Shown here one piece after another: positions 31,509 through 41,589 of a DNA stretch of 64,000 nucleotides. The notes below the pieces were generated by a model that saw only the letters and a program-made list of their open reading frames with translations, was not told where the DNA came from and searched no databases. The DNA lies in IMG/VR virus record IMGVR_UViG_3300029554_000003, positions 77,064 to 141,063 of that record; one strand, given 5' to 3'. How positions within the stretch are numbered: position 1 is the first letter of the stretch; the number at the start of each line of letters is the position of its first letter. The DNA is from a virus. Its lineage: Duplodnaviria; Heunggongvirae; Uroviricota; Caudoviricetes. The position numbers were made by a program, and so were the translations under genes.

Positions 31509-32120
31509 TTAACGCTTATTAAGCGCCAAACCCGTCAGTTCAAATAACTTGCAATAGGGATGATTTTCATCTTTATAAGGCTTATACTCAATTAAGCCTT
31601 TGTCCGCAAGCCATTCAACGTACTCTTGAGCAAGCTCACGGTTCTTTTTATTATATGGCATATAGCACATGTCGCAAACATTCTTCATAGAGAAGATATA
31701 ATTACGATGCTTTACATCATGCTGATAATTATACATCTTAGCCAAGCAGCAATAAGCGGTAGTAACCTGAGTGGCATAATCAATCGTCCATTCAAATGGG
31801 AAATCGTCAAAAAGTGAAGCAGTCTGCTCTTCACCCAAGAGAACAAAATAATTATTATTAACACTATAATTATAATTATAATTATATAACTCATTTTCTT
31901 CGTCGAACGGCGTTAGCATTTCATTCTTAATAGCTTTATCTATTAGTTCTTTAAATTCTTTCGCATCACCTGCACCGCCGCAAATGTAATAAATATCGCC
32001 AAGGTTAAAACCATCACGACCATTCTTATCTGCTTCATCTGAACGATACTGCGCCGCAAGCGAAATAAAAGGATTATACTCCTTATCCAGCAGCTTCTTA
32101 CCTAAATCTACTCTATACAT
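31509..32120 (-). CDS. hypothetical protein
   Basis: 203 aa ORF. Confidence 0.4.
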   Translation of the reverse strand: MYRVDLGKKLLDKEYNPFISLAAQYRSDEADKNGRDGFNLGDIYYICGGAGDAKEFKELIDKAIKNEMLTPFDEENELYNYNYNYSVNNNYFVLLGEEQTASLFDDFPFEWTIDYATQVTTAYCCLAKMYNYQHDVKHRNYIFSMKNVCDMCYMPYNKKNRELAQEYVEWLADKGLIEYKPYKDENHPYCKLFELTGLALNKR

Positions 32121-32243
32121 TTCAAACTAACCTCTCTAATTAGAGCATTATAATACATTTATAGTATAACATACTTCGTCTATTTTGTCAAATAAAAGAA
32201 AAGACCCACGGCCATAGGCCGCAGGTCTTTTACTACGCACTAT

Positions 32244-32795
32244 TTAATTTTTTCTATCCTTCTTTTGGATACAAATATACTCAGATTCCCAGTTTTCTTC
32301 ATCGAGAGTGCCCGTATGAATCTTCAATGAAAAATCTCTTTCCGCTGCTCGAAGAGCATCCGTAAATGTTTTATAAGTCAAATAATCACCGACAATATAA
32401 TCTAAATGTTGAAAAGGAATGACACAAATATCCTTATAACCGCAAACATAAACGTAATGAATATACTCAGATAATAACCTTACGACTTTATTGACATCTT
32501 TGTCTTTGGCCGCAATCTCAATACTGAATTTATATATATTATCAATTTCATCAATATCAAACGGCAAACCCCAAGATACTACAATAACAGGCTTTTTATT
32601 GTCTTTTTGATACCAAGTAGCTTCAAAGCCCTTTTTCTGAAAATATAAAACAACTTCATGACACTCTTGGAGAGTCATGTTTCCGTATGCGGCCCTTGTA
32701 ACACAATTCTGATTATGTGGCTTGTCCAAATTCTTATATAACTCTTCTGTCATATCATCAACAAGACTGTATATATTATCAGTCCAAATCATCAC
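32244..32795 (-). CDS. hypothetical protein
   Basis: 183 aa ORF. Confidence 0.4.
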   Translation of the reverse strand: MMIWTDNIYSLVDDMTEELYKNLDKPHNQNCVTRAAYGNMTLQECHEVVLYFQKKGFEATWYQKDNKKPVIVVSWGLPFDIDEIDNIYKFSIEIAAKDKDVNKVVRLLSEYIHYVYVCGYKDICVIPFQHLDYIVGDYLTYKTFTDALRAAERDFSLKIHTGTLDEENWESEYICIQKKDRKN

Positions 32796-33051
32796 TACGC
32801 CCTTTCATAGCTACAAAATATCCCCAAGTGTCCATTGTAGACTTCCAATTGCTATTTACCTTTATGCCGCATAGTGCTAACATATCAGGTATAGGCCAAA
32901 AATGCCTACTGCCGATAGGACACCAAATTTCACGTTCAGGGCATACATGCTTGTGAAGTTCTTCTTTGCTGATAATGGCGGCAGTCCCATATGGCAGGCT
33001 TTCAAGCATATCATACACATAATCCATAATTTTAAACTGCCAGTCAATCAT
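32779..33051 (-). CDS. hypothetical protein
   Basis: 90 aa, overlaps the downstream gene (coupled). Confidence 0.35.
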   Translation of the reverse strand: MIDWQFKIMDYVYDMLESLPYGTAAIISKEELHKHVCPEREIWCPIGSRHFWPIPDMLALCGIKVNSNWKSTMDTWGYFVAMKGRSDDLD

Positions 33052-33097
33052 TGGCCCATCATCTTTGCTTCTGCTGTCTATTCATATCGGATACATA

Positions 33098-33472
33098 TTA
33101 TAACCTATTAGACACTCCATCAATCCAGTCAATACTCTCAAGAATAGTTTTGCCATCTTTCTCAGTGATTATACAACCAAAAGCAAAATCCGTATTATAG
33201 TTGTCAGTCACACCCCAACAATTGTAACACTCGCCCTCTTCGTCTGCACCAGTAGTCAAAGCATCATCAATCAGGTCATACATAGTAGGCAGCTCGGTAT
33301 CATTGCATGTATCCTTATTAGCTGCAAGAATCTCAACTTGCTTTGCGGCACACTGATAAATATAATAATTCGCAGATAGCACGAAGTCCAAAGTCCAATA
33401 GACATTTTCCTTTGCATATTTTTCATTACTCAACAGCATATGCGCTCCTAGTCCCAATCGTTGACAGTCCAA
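33098..33472 (-). CDS. hypothetical protein
   Basis: 124 aa ORF. Confidence 0.4.
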   Translation of the reverse strand: MDCQRLGLGAHMLLSNEKYAKENVYWTLDFVLSANYYIYQCAAKQVEILAANKDTCNDTELPTMYDLIDDALTTGADEEGECYNCWGVTDNYNTDFAFGCIITEKDGKTILESIDWIDGVSNRL

Positions 33473-33774
33473 TAGACGCTCAAATGACCACCAGCAGCAT
33501 CATACTCGTCAGCATCATGCCAGTAGTAATCACAGACGCACAGGCCAAGGTCCTCAAGGGTATTCTTAGCATCGAGCATTTCCTTTTCAGTACCATAGCA
33601 AGAAACCCAATAGGCACAGCCAGCATAATAATCCTTACGCTCTTCGAGAAGCATGTCGGCAGCAATATTCACCAAAGGAGTAACTTCCTTCCAGAGATTG
33701 CGGCCATTGACAACCTCATATGCCGCGTCCAGAAGACCGTCAACCTGTGCAAGAATCGTCTCAACCTTGGTCAT
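33448..33774 (-). CDS. hypothetical protein
   Basis: 108 aa, directly downstream of a conserved promoter and leader copy (33781-33860). Confidence 0.45.
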   Translation of the reverse strand: MTKVETILAQVDGLLDAAYEVVNGRNLWKEVTPLVNIAADMLLEERKDYYAGCAYWVSCYGTEKEMLDAKNTLEDLGLCVCDYYWHDADEYDAAGGHLSVYWTVNDWD

Positions 33775-34362
33775 ATACTTTCTCCTTCTCTTGGAAGACT
33801 TTATCTTGTCCTCTCCCTTTCTTTAATAATATTATATAACATTATTAGAGAGACTGCAAGAAAAATCTTATACGGCCAATGGCCTTATTCTTTGTGCTCT
33901 TGGATTACCTCGCGCACAAGGAACACAGTCTCCTTTACCGCGTATAAAATCATACAGATACCAACGATAAAGCCAATGGCGCATAGAATAGTAAAGATAA
34001 GCAAACTCATGGAAGAGCTACCAATCAACATCGCCAGATTCATCATGATGTCCATACAGCACGAGAAAACAAATGATAGGACAGGACAGAATAGCACAGA
34101 ATCCAATGATTGTAAAAACAAGACAGACAACTCCTAACACTTCATTAATCATAATCTTCATCGTCCCATACGTCAATCACGTTTCCGAGCCAATCATAAA
34201 AAGTTTCGCCACTGCCGCTTTCAATTTTATTGACGTAATCAGCAATACTATCTGTATCATCAGTGGTATTAAGGGCATCTAAAATATCTTTATAGATATA
34301 ATCCATATAACCTCCAATAGAAAAAGGAGAATAGATTTCTCTACTCTCCTTGTGCGGCCAAT

Positions 34363-35112
34363 CTAGTTTTCAAAATTAGTTTCTTTTTGAAGCTGACGCT
34401 CATACTTCTGACCTTCATCATAGCCTTCGTTATAGGCATCAACCTCAGCAGCCGCATACCCATCATCATAGCCCTCTTCATAACCAAGATTGCGGCCACT
34501 ATCGTACTCACGACTCATGTCTTCATACTTTTTCCTTTTGGCGGCCTCAAAGCCATCTTCATAGCCAGTTTGGTAACCATGCTTATACTGACTACCATTG
34601 CCGCCATTACCGTCATTCTTGCAATATGTTTTTAAAACTTTATTATATGCGCCAGCAGTCTGGAAATAACGTTTAGCAACACACGCATTGAATCCTGCGG
34701 ACTCACTGTACACATCACTATCAGCGCATTTGGAACGTGTCACGTCACCATCTTTCCACCACACGATAGTCCAAGGCTTGTCATATTTGACGCGCTTAAT
34801 CTGATTGACGCTATTCTCATTGAACCTGCGGCGAACCTTTTCATCACGCTGTTTCTTCTCTTGGATTAGCTTTTCATGCCCATCCACAAGCGCAGCATAA
34901 ATATTCTCAAGCAAATCATCGGACAGTTCCATATTAACAATGCGGTCATTGACATCAGTACTGTAGTTAAACTTACCAAGGAATTTAGCATTTGTGACTG
35001 CAAGCTGACGTGCGGCGCGTGCAATTTCATTGGTTTCATATAGTTGATGCTGGACACTAGCATCTTTATACAAAACACTATCAGGTATAGGATTTTTCTC
35101 AATACCAAGCAT
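34363..35112 (-). CDS. hypothetical protein
   Basis: The track ORF is 34363..35169; the likely start is M20 (MLGIEK…) at 35112. Tyr/Gly/Glu-rich C-terminus. Confidence 0.4.
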   Translation of the reverse strand: MLGIEKNPIPDSVLYKDASVQHQLYETNEIARAARQLAVTNAKFLGKFNYSTDVNDRIVNMELSDDLLENIYAALVDGHEKLIQEKKQRDEKVRRRFNENSVNQIKRVKYDKPWTIVWWKDGDVTRSKCADSDVYSESAGFNACVAKRYFQTAGAYNKVLKTYCKNDGNGGNGSQYKHGYQTGYEDGFEAAKRKKYEDMSREYDSGRNLGYEEGYDDGYAAAEVDAYNEGYDEGQKYERQLQKETNFEN

Positions 35113-35113
35113 A

Positions 35114-35536
35114 CTAGTTCTCCTTACCAAAGTCCTTCTGGACCTGCTCGAAATACTTATAAAGGTCATCGTTCAGTTGTCCAAGCATAGCGGTACGAAT
35201 CCAAGCATCGAGCTTGGTAATTCCATCCTGTCCGTGACCAGCAAATTCATACCAAGGAACCTCCATGCCATAATCGTCTTCAAGAAGTTTACGGATCTCT
35301 TCGTCAACGAACATATTCGCAATTTTCTCACTGTCAGATTCATATGTCACGAGAAAACAATCAGGATGCCCCGCAAATGAAGCATTGCCGCACACTTCAT
35401 CAGAAGTAAACATATCATCGCAGACTTCTTCCCAATCGGTATCGGCGTTATATGTGCCGTTCTCGAAGTTGGCAACGATAAAGTTCTTGGCATCATCCTC
35501 GACCATGTTCTTGAAAGAAAAATAAATCCAACCCAT
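35114..35536 (-). CDS. hypothetical protein
   Basis: 140 aa ORF. Confidence 0.4.
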   Translation of the reverse strand: MGWIYFSFKNMVEDDAKNFIVANFENGTYNADTDWEEVCDDMFTSDEVCGNASFAGHPDCFLVTYESDSEKIANMFVDEEIRKLLEDDYGMEVPWYEFAGHGQDGITKLDAWIRTAMLGQLNDDLYKYFEQVQKDFGKEN

Positions 35537-35570
35537 TCTAATTCCTCTCTTGGATAACTAATATACCAGA

Positions 35571-35771
35571 TTAAAGGTTCTCAATGCTGCCAACATACCC
35601 CTCATAGACAAGATGATGCTCACGAAGGTTCTTAGCGGCAACCTCGGCCATGATGCGGTTAAGCTGCTCAAGGCTCTTGAACATGCACTCAGTATACTCG
35701 ATGCCGCAGAAACGACCATCGCCCTCGTAGAACTTGTTGAAGATAATGTTAGCCTTCATGTACTTAGCCAT
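35571..35771 (-). CDS. hypothetical small protein
   Basis: 66 aa, directly after a conserved promoter and leader copy. Confidence 0.4.
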   Translation of the reverse strand: MAKYMKANIIFNKFYEGDGRFCGIEYTECMFKSLEQLNRIMAEVAAKNLREHHLVYEGYVGSIENL

Positions 35772-35868
35772 ATTGGAAAGCCTTTCTTTTTCTCTTGTCT
35801 TTCTTTAATTATATTATATAAGAATGAAAGATGAATCACAAGTATTTTTTTTCTACTCTATTGGTCTG

Positions 35869-36081
35869 TTACAACTTCCTACCACAGATGGGGCAAAAGT
35901 TAATATCAATAGAGCTAGCGGTCGATTCGCCATCTTCGTCCTCAATGCAAATGAATTTGCGCTGCGGATTTTTGTAAACATCGCAAATGGTGATAGAATA
36001 GTCCACACCCTCAGAATATCCATCATCAAGCATGTTTGCGCCAAATCGAACATCGGCAGGGTACTCACAATACTTGCACAT
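35869..36081 (-). CDS. zinc-ribbon small protein (paralogue of 40382..40588)
   Basis: MCKYC…CPICGRKL. Four Cys arranged as CxxC…CxxC. Shares both termini with the 40382 gene. Confidence 0.5.
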   Translation of the reverse strand: MCKYCEYPADVRFGANMLDDGYSEGVDYSITICDVYKNPQRKFICIEDEDGESTASSIDINFCPICGRKL

Positions 36082-36155
36082 AGAAGAACTTCTTTCTCTT
36101 GGTTTCTTTAATTATATTATATAACAATTTCAAACAGAACGCAAGAACCTTTTTT
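36082..36155 (-). promoter_or_regulatory. conserved promoter + leader copy
   Basis: Reverse strand TTGCGT-N17-TATAAT, then ATTAAAGAAACCAAGAGAAAGAAG, then ATG. Confidence 0.55.
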
Positions 36156-36158
36156 GGA

Positions 36159-36482
36159 CTAATGACGCATAATAGGATAGAATAACCGTTGATAAAGTAT
36201 TTGACCGCAATCTCGCCACCACTTTTCACGGTCTGCTGGAATGTATACAATGACCGTAACATCGCAAAGTTCCCAAAAAGGTTTTATGGGTTCAACGCTA
36301 CAATATGCAAAAAAATGATATTTATTTAATAAATCAATCGCTTTCTTAATATCTTTAAGAGTGCGTTTATCACAGCCCGCATAAACTGAACACCACTCAA
36401 ATTGAGTCGGCGGCATAAAGATTGTCTTTTTAAGGAAATATTTAAAAAAGACATTGGTTTCGCAATAGGTCAAAATATTCAT
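36159..36482 (-). CDS. hypothetical protein
   Basis: 107 aa ORF. Confidence 0.4.
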   Translation of the reverse strand: MNILTYCETNVFFKYFLKKTIFMPPTQFEWCSVYAGCDKRTLKDIKKAIDLLNKYHFFAYCSVEPIKPFWELCDVTVIVYIPADREKWWRDCGQILYQRLFYPIMRH

Positions 36483-36489
36483 ATTACCT

Positions 36490-36783
36490 CTAGTAATGAT
36501 AACAAATAGTCACTTCTACGTCATCAGTATCATCACAATGATGCGCAGTGCGAATTACAACGCTGAATCCAGCGTCAGCATATTTTGCAAGAACTTTAAT
36601 ATCAGGCGCAGTAAGGCCAATAAGATAAAGAGTACAATACGTAGTATTATCATAGGGACTATATTTGAAAGATGCGTCAATCATAGTTTCAAGAGTAGTA
36701 CGTTGGTCTGTATAAGAAGGATTATTATGAATGTATTCGCGTTTAAACTCTAAAGGTTGAATCATCAAATCACTCCTTATCAA
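36490..36783 (-). CDS. hypothetical protein (paralogue family B)
   Basis: 97 aa ending …VTICYHY. Paralogue of the 36770..37030 gene (…LTVYHY). Confidence 0.4.
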   Translation of the reverse strand: MIRSDLMIQPLEFKREYIHNNPSYTDQRTTLETMIDASFKYSPYDNTTYCTLYLIGLTAPDIKVLAKYADAGFSVVIRTAHHCDDTDDVEVTICYHY

Positions 36784-37030
36784 AATAATGATAGACAGTC
36801 AGTGTCACACCATTCTTATCAGATTCATTGCTAATCATAACATCATATCCAGCATCAATATATTTAAAAAGAGTATTAATGCGGTAGGTGGTAAGACAAT
36901 TAAGAGTAAGGTCACAATGTACGCGATCCTTACCTGAGTCATACCTAAGAGCGTCATCAATCTTCACTTCAAGAGTATCAAGGTTGGAATTTTGAAGAGA
37001 CTTTCTTTTTACTTCGTTTGGTAAAATCAT
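36770..37030 (-). CDS. hypothetical protein (paralogue family B)
   Basis: 86 aa with a similar C-terminal motif. Confidence 0.4.
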   Translation of the reverse strand: MILPNEVKRKSLQNSNLDTLEVKIDDALRYDSGKDRVHCDLTLNCLTTYRINTLFKYIDAGYDVMISNESDKNGVTLTVYHYFDKE

Positions 37031-37278
37031 ATTTACTCCTTAATAAGATAAAAGTTCCCACGTGTTGACCAAAAAGGCTTCATTCGTATCGACAGCATAT
37101 AGAAGAACATGACCATCGCCATAAATCTCTTCAATCTGGCAGATAATGAACTTGCGAGTATAGGGATTAAGATACTGTACATAATCGTTGCGCTTCATAT
37201 ACTTTCCTTTCTCTCTTGGTATACTTATATTATATACTATTATTTCACCATTTGCAAGAAAAATTTTAAGCGTGCGAT

Positions 37279-37645
37279 TTAAAAAGCAGTCATATGATAT
37301 AGCTGGTCAACTAAAAGATAAAAATAATGTCCAAGTATATCATTATCACACTCACAACGACTTGGCGGCAAAGTAATACTTGGATATACAACATCATTCG
37401 TGTTTACTTTATAAGTATTAAATACAACAACAAGGCTGCCTTCCATTGGCTTTGTAGTCAAAAAAATACTACAATATCCCAATGGTTCTTTGTCATATTT
37501 AGAAATAATTTCAAAAGAGCAGGACGTATCAAAATTATCAGCTTCATCTTTATAAAACTTAATAACGCCAACTTCCCAACACGCGCTGCTTGTATTAAAA
37601 CAATAGACTTTTAAGGCATTGTAGATTTCTTTAAAAATATTCACG
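37279..37645 (-). CDS. hypothetical protein (paralogue family C)
   Basis: Likely GTG start at 37645 (AGGAGA-N6-GTG). Shares …CW.VG..KFYK… and …LG.YFY.L…LY with the 37655 gene. Confidence 0.4.
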
Positions 37646-37654
37646 CTTTTTCTC

Positions 37655-38038
37655 CTAATAAAAAACAGCCAAAGCATATAAATTATGTATCAAACGATAA
37701 AAATAACGTCCCAAAACATCGTCAGTGACTTCATATCGACTTAGTGGCAAAGTAACTTTAGGATACACGTTGCCAGTTCCATAGACACTTTCCTTATATG
37801 CCTTAAATGAAACAGTCAAACAATCAAAAGAAGTTTCTGTATTGACTAGAGTGATGCTACACTGACCAAAAGATTCTTGGTTATAGCTGGCAAGAATATC
37901 AAAAGTACAATACGAAATAAGACGATTTTTGTAAAACTTTACATGACCAACCGTCCAACATTGAGTCCTATCAAGACTATGTTTTTTAATAGCATTGTAG
38001 ATTTTCTCTAGAATATTTAAAGCATTTGAATCATTCAT
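37655..38038 (-). CDS. hypothetical protein (paralogue family C)
   Basis: 127 aa. See the 37279 entry. Confidence 0.4.
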   Translation of the reverse strand: MNDSNALNILEKIYNAIKKHSLDRTQCWTVGHVKFYKNRLISYCTFDILASYNQESFGQCSITLVNTETSFDCLTVSFKAYKESVYGTGNVYPKVTLPLSRYEVTDDVLGRYFYRLIHNLYALAVFY

Positions 38039-38045
38039 AACTCTC

Positions 38046-38444
38046 CTAATAACAACGCATTAAAGTATCAACTTCATCTACAAAACTATAAACGTATTGA
38101 CCAATAGAATCCCAGTCCTTGCCGCCATGATACGGAATAACGAACTTTGCAGTTGAATTACCCATATGACGATTATACTCCCAAATCGAAAAATCTAGCT
38201 TGTGTTGCGTTTCCAAATTATGGTCAGTAATTATTAAATCATCAACGGATACGCAACCTTTAAGTGATTCATCATCAAGCCAAACCATACTGAAAAACAC
38301 TTTGCTTGGATTAAGTTTATTTACAGAAATACGTACGGGCTTCCAATCAAAATGACAAAGAGGACGCTCGTGATATACCTGCTCCACATGAGCGGTATAT
38401 TCTTTCAGACTCTTAACAATTTCATCAGTCAGGTAATAACTCAT
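38046..38444 (-). CDS. hypothetical protein (distant family C member?)
   Basis: 132 aa. C-terminal …GQYVYSFVDEV… weakly resembles family C. Confidence 0.35.
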   Translation of the reverse strand: MSYYLTDEIVKSLKEYTAHVEQVYHERPLCHFDWKPVRISVNKLNPSKVFFSMVWLDDESLKGCVSVDDLIITDHNLETQHKLDFSIWEYNRHMGNSTAKFVIPYHGGKDWDSIGQYVYSFVDEVDTLMRCY

Positions 38445-38446
38445 TG

Positions 38447-38785
38447 CTAATCCTTATCAAAATCGTTCGCGGCCAATAGACAATCAAGAACATGTGCGGC
38501 ATCCGCTACTTTCTCTAGAACTCCCACAACAGTACCAGCATTATATCCTTCACTGTCTCGAAAACATAGCACAAAATTGTAAGCAGCAGAATCGCTATCG
38601 TCCAAACTACCACCGTTAGGATAGATGTGAATATTACAATCAGCAGTCTTATATGAAAGACTAGAAGCTACACGGACATATAGATTATCCTCTTGCTTCT
38701 TGACAATATTAAGGATATACCAAGAATACTTAGAAACGTTGTCATACATGAAATCGTGGATAAGCTGATTCATAAATTTGTTCAT
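38447..38785 (-). CDS. hypothetical protein
   Basis: The track ORF runs to 38830; the likely start is MNKFMNQ at 38785. Confidence 0.35.
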   Translation of the reverse strand: MNKFMNQLIHDFMYDNVSKYSWYILNIVKKQEDNLYVRVASSLSYKTADCNIHIYPNGGSLDDSDSAAYNFVLCFRDSEGYNAGTVVGVLEKVADAAHVLDCLLAANDFDKD

Positions 38786-38786
38786 C

Positions 38787-39095
38787 TTACACTCCAAGCA
38801 TATCACAAATAGTGGCGTAAATACACGCACCCTCCATATAATTCGCGCTATATACCTTTATATCCTTAACATAATCACTGCCGAGCTTTGCAACAGTGAA
38901 TCGCGACACATACTCAAAATCCTCGCAGGCAACGTAAGCTGTGACGCTCACATGCTTATCTTCAAAAGCATAAGTATAAGTCTGCTCGTCCATGCTTGCG
39001 ATTGCCACATCCTCATGGCACATGCGCATCACATGGTTGACGTTGGCGAAAACCTGCTTGACAGTCTGCTTAAACTTCTTGCTGCTCTGGGTCAT
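38787..39095 (-). CDS. hypothetical protein
   Basis: 102 aa, after the conserved promoter copy at 39096-39160. Confidence 0.4.
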   Translation of the reverse strand: MTQSSKKFKQTVKQVFANVNHVMRMCHEDVAIASMDEQTYTYAFEDKHVSVTAYVACEDFEYVSRFTVAKLGSDYVKDIKVYSANYMEGACIYATICDMLGV

Positions 39096-39164
39096 GTTTT
39101 ATCCCTTCCTTGTCTTTCTTTATATATATTATATAATAATATAAGACTGGCCGCAAGTATAAAA

Positions 39165-39497
39165 TTATCGGTAAAGCATCTTAATTGCCATGTCGATAAT
39201 GTCATTCATATAGATGCTACCGACCTCGCATTTATAATCCTCTACCTTCAACTCTAATGTATCACAGCCATCATAGAACGAGAAAAGTACATGGCCAATG
39301 AGATAGTCACAGTCATATGTATACTCTTCAAAATAATTTATGACGCAAGAGCAAAGAAGTTGATTATCTGCCTTTTGCCGCACATCGAATGATACTACAT
39401 TATCATGCTCTTTAGGCTTACATGCTTTCCAACTATACATATCGCTATTACTGCACTTACCATAAATGGTATCAAACAAAATCTTAGCGCTTTTCAT
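39165..39497 (-). CDS. hypothetical protein
   Basis: Likely start is MKSAK at 39497 (GAGGAGAGAAA RBS). Confidence 0.4.
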   Translation of the reverse strand: MKSAKILFDTIYGKCSNSDMYSWKACKPKEHDNVVSFDVRQKADNQLLCSCVINYFEEYTYDCDYLIGHVLFSFYDGCDTLELKVEDYKCEVGSIYMNDIIDMAIKMLYR

Positions 39498-39549
39498 TTT
39501 CTCTCCTCTTTTGGAAAACAAAAACATGGGCCTGCGCCCCTGTTTACAA

Positions 39550-39711
39550 TTAATATAGAGACAACTTGTTCTCAGGCACGTAAACCGTAGAGCCATTTAG
39601 ATACTTGACAAGGACTGTTCCATTGCTATTGAAGTGCAGAATCTTAACAACGCTTACAAGACCAGCAGGACCAGCATAGGTAACATAATCTCCAACAGAC
39701 AACTTAATCAT
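39550..39711 (-). CDS. small KOW/SH3-like protein
   Basis: Likely start is MIKLSVGDYVTY… at 39711. About 53 aa. Confidence 0.3.
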   Translation of the reverse strand: MIKLSVGDYVTYAGPAGLVSVVKILHFNSNGTVLVKYLNGSTVYVPENKLSLY

Positions 39712-39982
39712 TTTCGTCCTCTTCCTCTTCGTTATCCTCAATCCACTCATGGTCTACAGTCATGTATCCAGCTTCTGCCAAGTCATCATACATGTCAAAC
39801 CAAAGATAATCATTCAACTCAGTATTAGTGCGGATAGTTCCATCACCATACAGATCGGCTTCTTCAACCATATTAGAAATATAATCGTAAGCGTCAGGAT
39901 GTTCAACCAAATCATCAAGGCGTGTTTTGCCGCCAGACCAAGCAGGGAACCGATAAAGGGGAGTGTCACAAACGTAACGCAT
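39704..39982 (-). CDS. acidic hypothetical protein
   Basis: 92 aa ending EDNEEEEDEND. Conserved promoter copy upstream. Confidence 0.4.
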   Translation of the reverse strand: MRYVCDTPLYRFPAWSGGKTRLDDLVEHPDAYDYISNMVEEADLYGDGTIRTNTELNDYLWFDMYDDLAEAGYMTVDHEWIEDNEEEEDEND

Positions 39983-40045
39983 GTCTTTCTTCTTTCTCTT
40001 GGCTTTCTTTAATAATATTATATAATATTAAAGAGCGTAGGTCAA

Positions 40046-40372
40046 CTAGAAAATAGTAAGGATTTTTGATTCCTTTACCATATCGCAAAAGAGCATGACT
40101 GCGAAGTTCTGAACAGGACTCTCGCCCATTACGCCCTTCTCACCTAGATATGTGCGGCCAATCTTGCTATATGTAACATCCTTCCCATTCTGATATTCAC
40201 AATAAATATCGAAATAGACAGGTACTTGCTTGCGACCTACCACTGTGAACTTGATACCACGATAGTAAAAAGTGCTGCGCGTTTCGCCGTTATACTCACC
40301 AATCAGCCAACCCTCATTATATGCGATGGTATCCAAAGCCGACAAAATGTTAGATATAAGGTTGCAATTCAT
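40046..40372 (-). CDS. hypothetical protein
   Basis: 108 aa ORF. Confidence 0.4.
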   Translation of the reverse strand: MNCNLISNILSALDTIAYNEGWLIGEYNGETRSTFYYRGIKFTVVGRKQVPVYFDIYCEYQNGKDVTYSKIGRTYLGEKGVMGESPVQNFAVMLFCDMVKESKILTIF

Positions 40373-40381
40373 TAAATCTCC

Positions 40382-40588
40382 TTAGAGCTTGCGACCACAG
40401 AAAGGACAATACTGAATCTCACGCGAAAAACCTATAATACCACAATATTCACCCATCAAATAATACGCTTTGTCTACATCTGAATAATAGAGATAAAGTC
40501 CAACTTCTCCGTCTGGATTCTCGTAATCATTGCAGTTGATACTCTCTCCCCAGTGGGAGTTCATCTTGAAATTACAATACTTGCACAT
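40382..40588 (-). CDS. zinc-ribbon small protein (paralogue of 35869..36081)
   Basis: MCKYC…CPFCGRKL. Confidence 0.5.
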   Translation of the reverse strand: MCKYCNFKMNSHWGESINCNDYENPDGEVGLYLYYSDVDKAYYLMGEYCGIIGFSREIQYCPFCGRKL

Positions 40589-40813
40589 ATAGTCTCCTTA
40601 AAGATAGTAAACATCTTCACGCTTGGCAGTGTGAAATACGCCGTCTTCGTCAACAATAACAAGACTATCGCAGAAGAAAAGAATATCTACAACTACGCCA
40701 TATACATCGCCGTACAGAGCCTTATAAAGAACCTTGGAGCCAATCATGTAATTTCCTTTCCCTTTTGGTCTATATATACTATATAATAATATATAACGAA
40801 ATACAAGAACTTT

Positions 40814-41206
40814 TTAATGCGGCATCAAGAGATTTATAAAGGCTCCATAAGGCGATACAATCCAAGGAATAATAATAGTAAATTCTATAACCGCAATACC
40901 CGCGAAAACTGCACTTAGGCCATAGCAGACATAACTTGTAGCTTCGAGAGCTTCATATTTATTCCTTATGCTACTTTTTTGATACTTTGTTAACGGTAAT
41001 TTCTCCCAGTCAGAATATTCCTTACTTTTAGCCATACAAAATCGAGCTACAACCAAAAGAGCAATAGCAAGAACAGCAAGGACGATAACTTTACTGGCAT
41101 ATGCTGCAATCACATATGAAGCGTATGCGGGAATCATTTCTTTTGTGACAGCGCCTACAGCAATTCCAAGTTGATTTGCAATTTCTTTAATAACTTCTGT
41201 ATCCAT
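40814..41206 (-). CDS. membrane protein (paralogue family D)
   Basis: 130 aa. N-terminus …EVIKEIANQLGIAVGAVTKEMIPAYA…, then two transmembrane segments. Paralogue of the 41224 gene. Confidence 0.45.
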   Translation of the reverse strand: MDTEVIKEIANQLGIAVGAVTKEMIPAYASYVIAAYASKVIVLAVLAIALLVVARFCMAKSKEYSDWEKLPLTKYQKSSIRNKYEALEATSYVCYGLSAVFAGIAVIEFTIIIPWIVSPYGAFINLLMPH

Positions 41207-41223
41207 TGTCCACGCCTTTCCAA

Positions 41224-41589
41224 CTAATGAAGAATATAATTAATAAAAGAACCATAAGGAGAATATACCCAGAGAGTAACAGATGAAATTGAATTAATCA
41301 AAAGAACGAAAAACACTGTTGCACAAAACCCAGCAAGAGTACCAATTATAAAATAAAGACTCGAATCGTAGGATGGATTTAAATCGCCTTTTCTTTTTTC
41401 AATTATGCCCTTTTTCATAAAAAATATCGTCAAAGTTAAAGTCAATGCAAATAAACATCCAAACAGAATAACTCCGAAGATATTAAATCCTATTTCAAAT
41501 TGAGCAAATGCGGGAATCACTTCTTTGGTAACTGCATCAACCGTAATACCCAGTTGGTTTGCAATCTCTTGAATAGCTTCTGCGTTCAT
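41224..41589 (-). CDS. membrane protein (paralogue family D)
   Basis: 121 aa. N-terminus …EAIQEIANQLGITVDAVTKEVIPAFA…. Confidence 0.45.
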   Translation of the reverse strand: MNAEAIQEIANQLGITVDAVTKEVIPAFAQFEIGFNIFGVILFGCLFALTLTLTIFFMKKGIIEKRKGDLNPSYDSSLYFIIGTLAGFCATVFFVLLINSISSVTLWVYSPYGSFINYILH

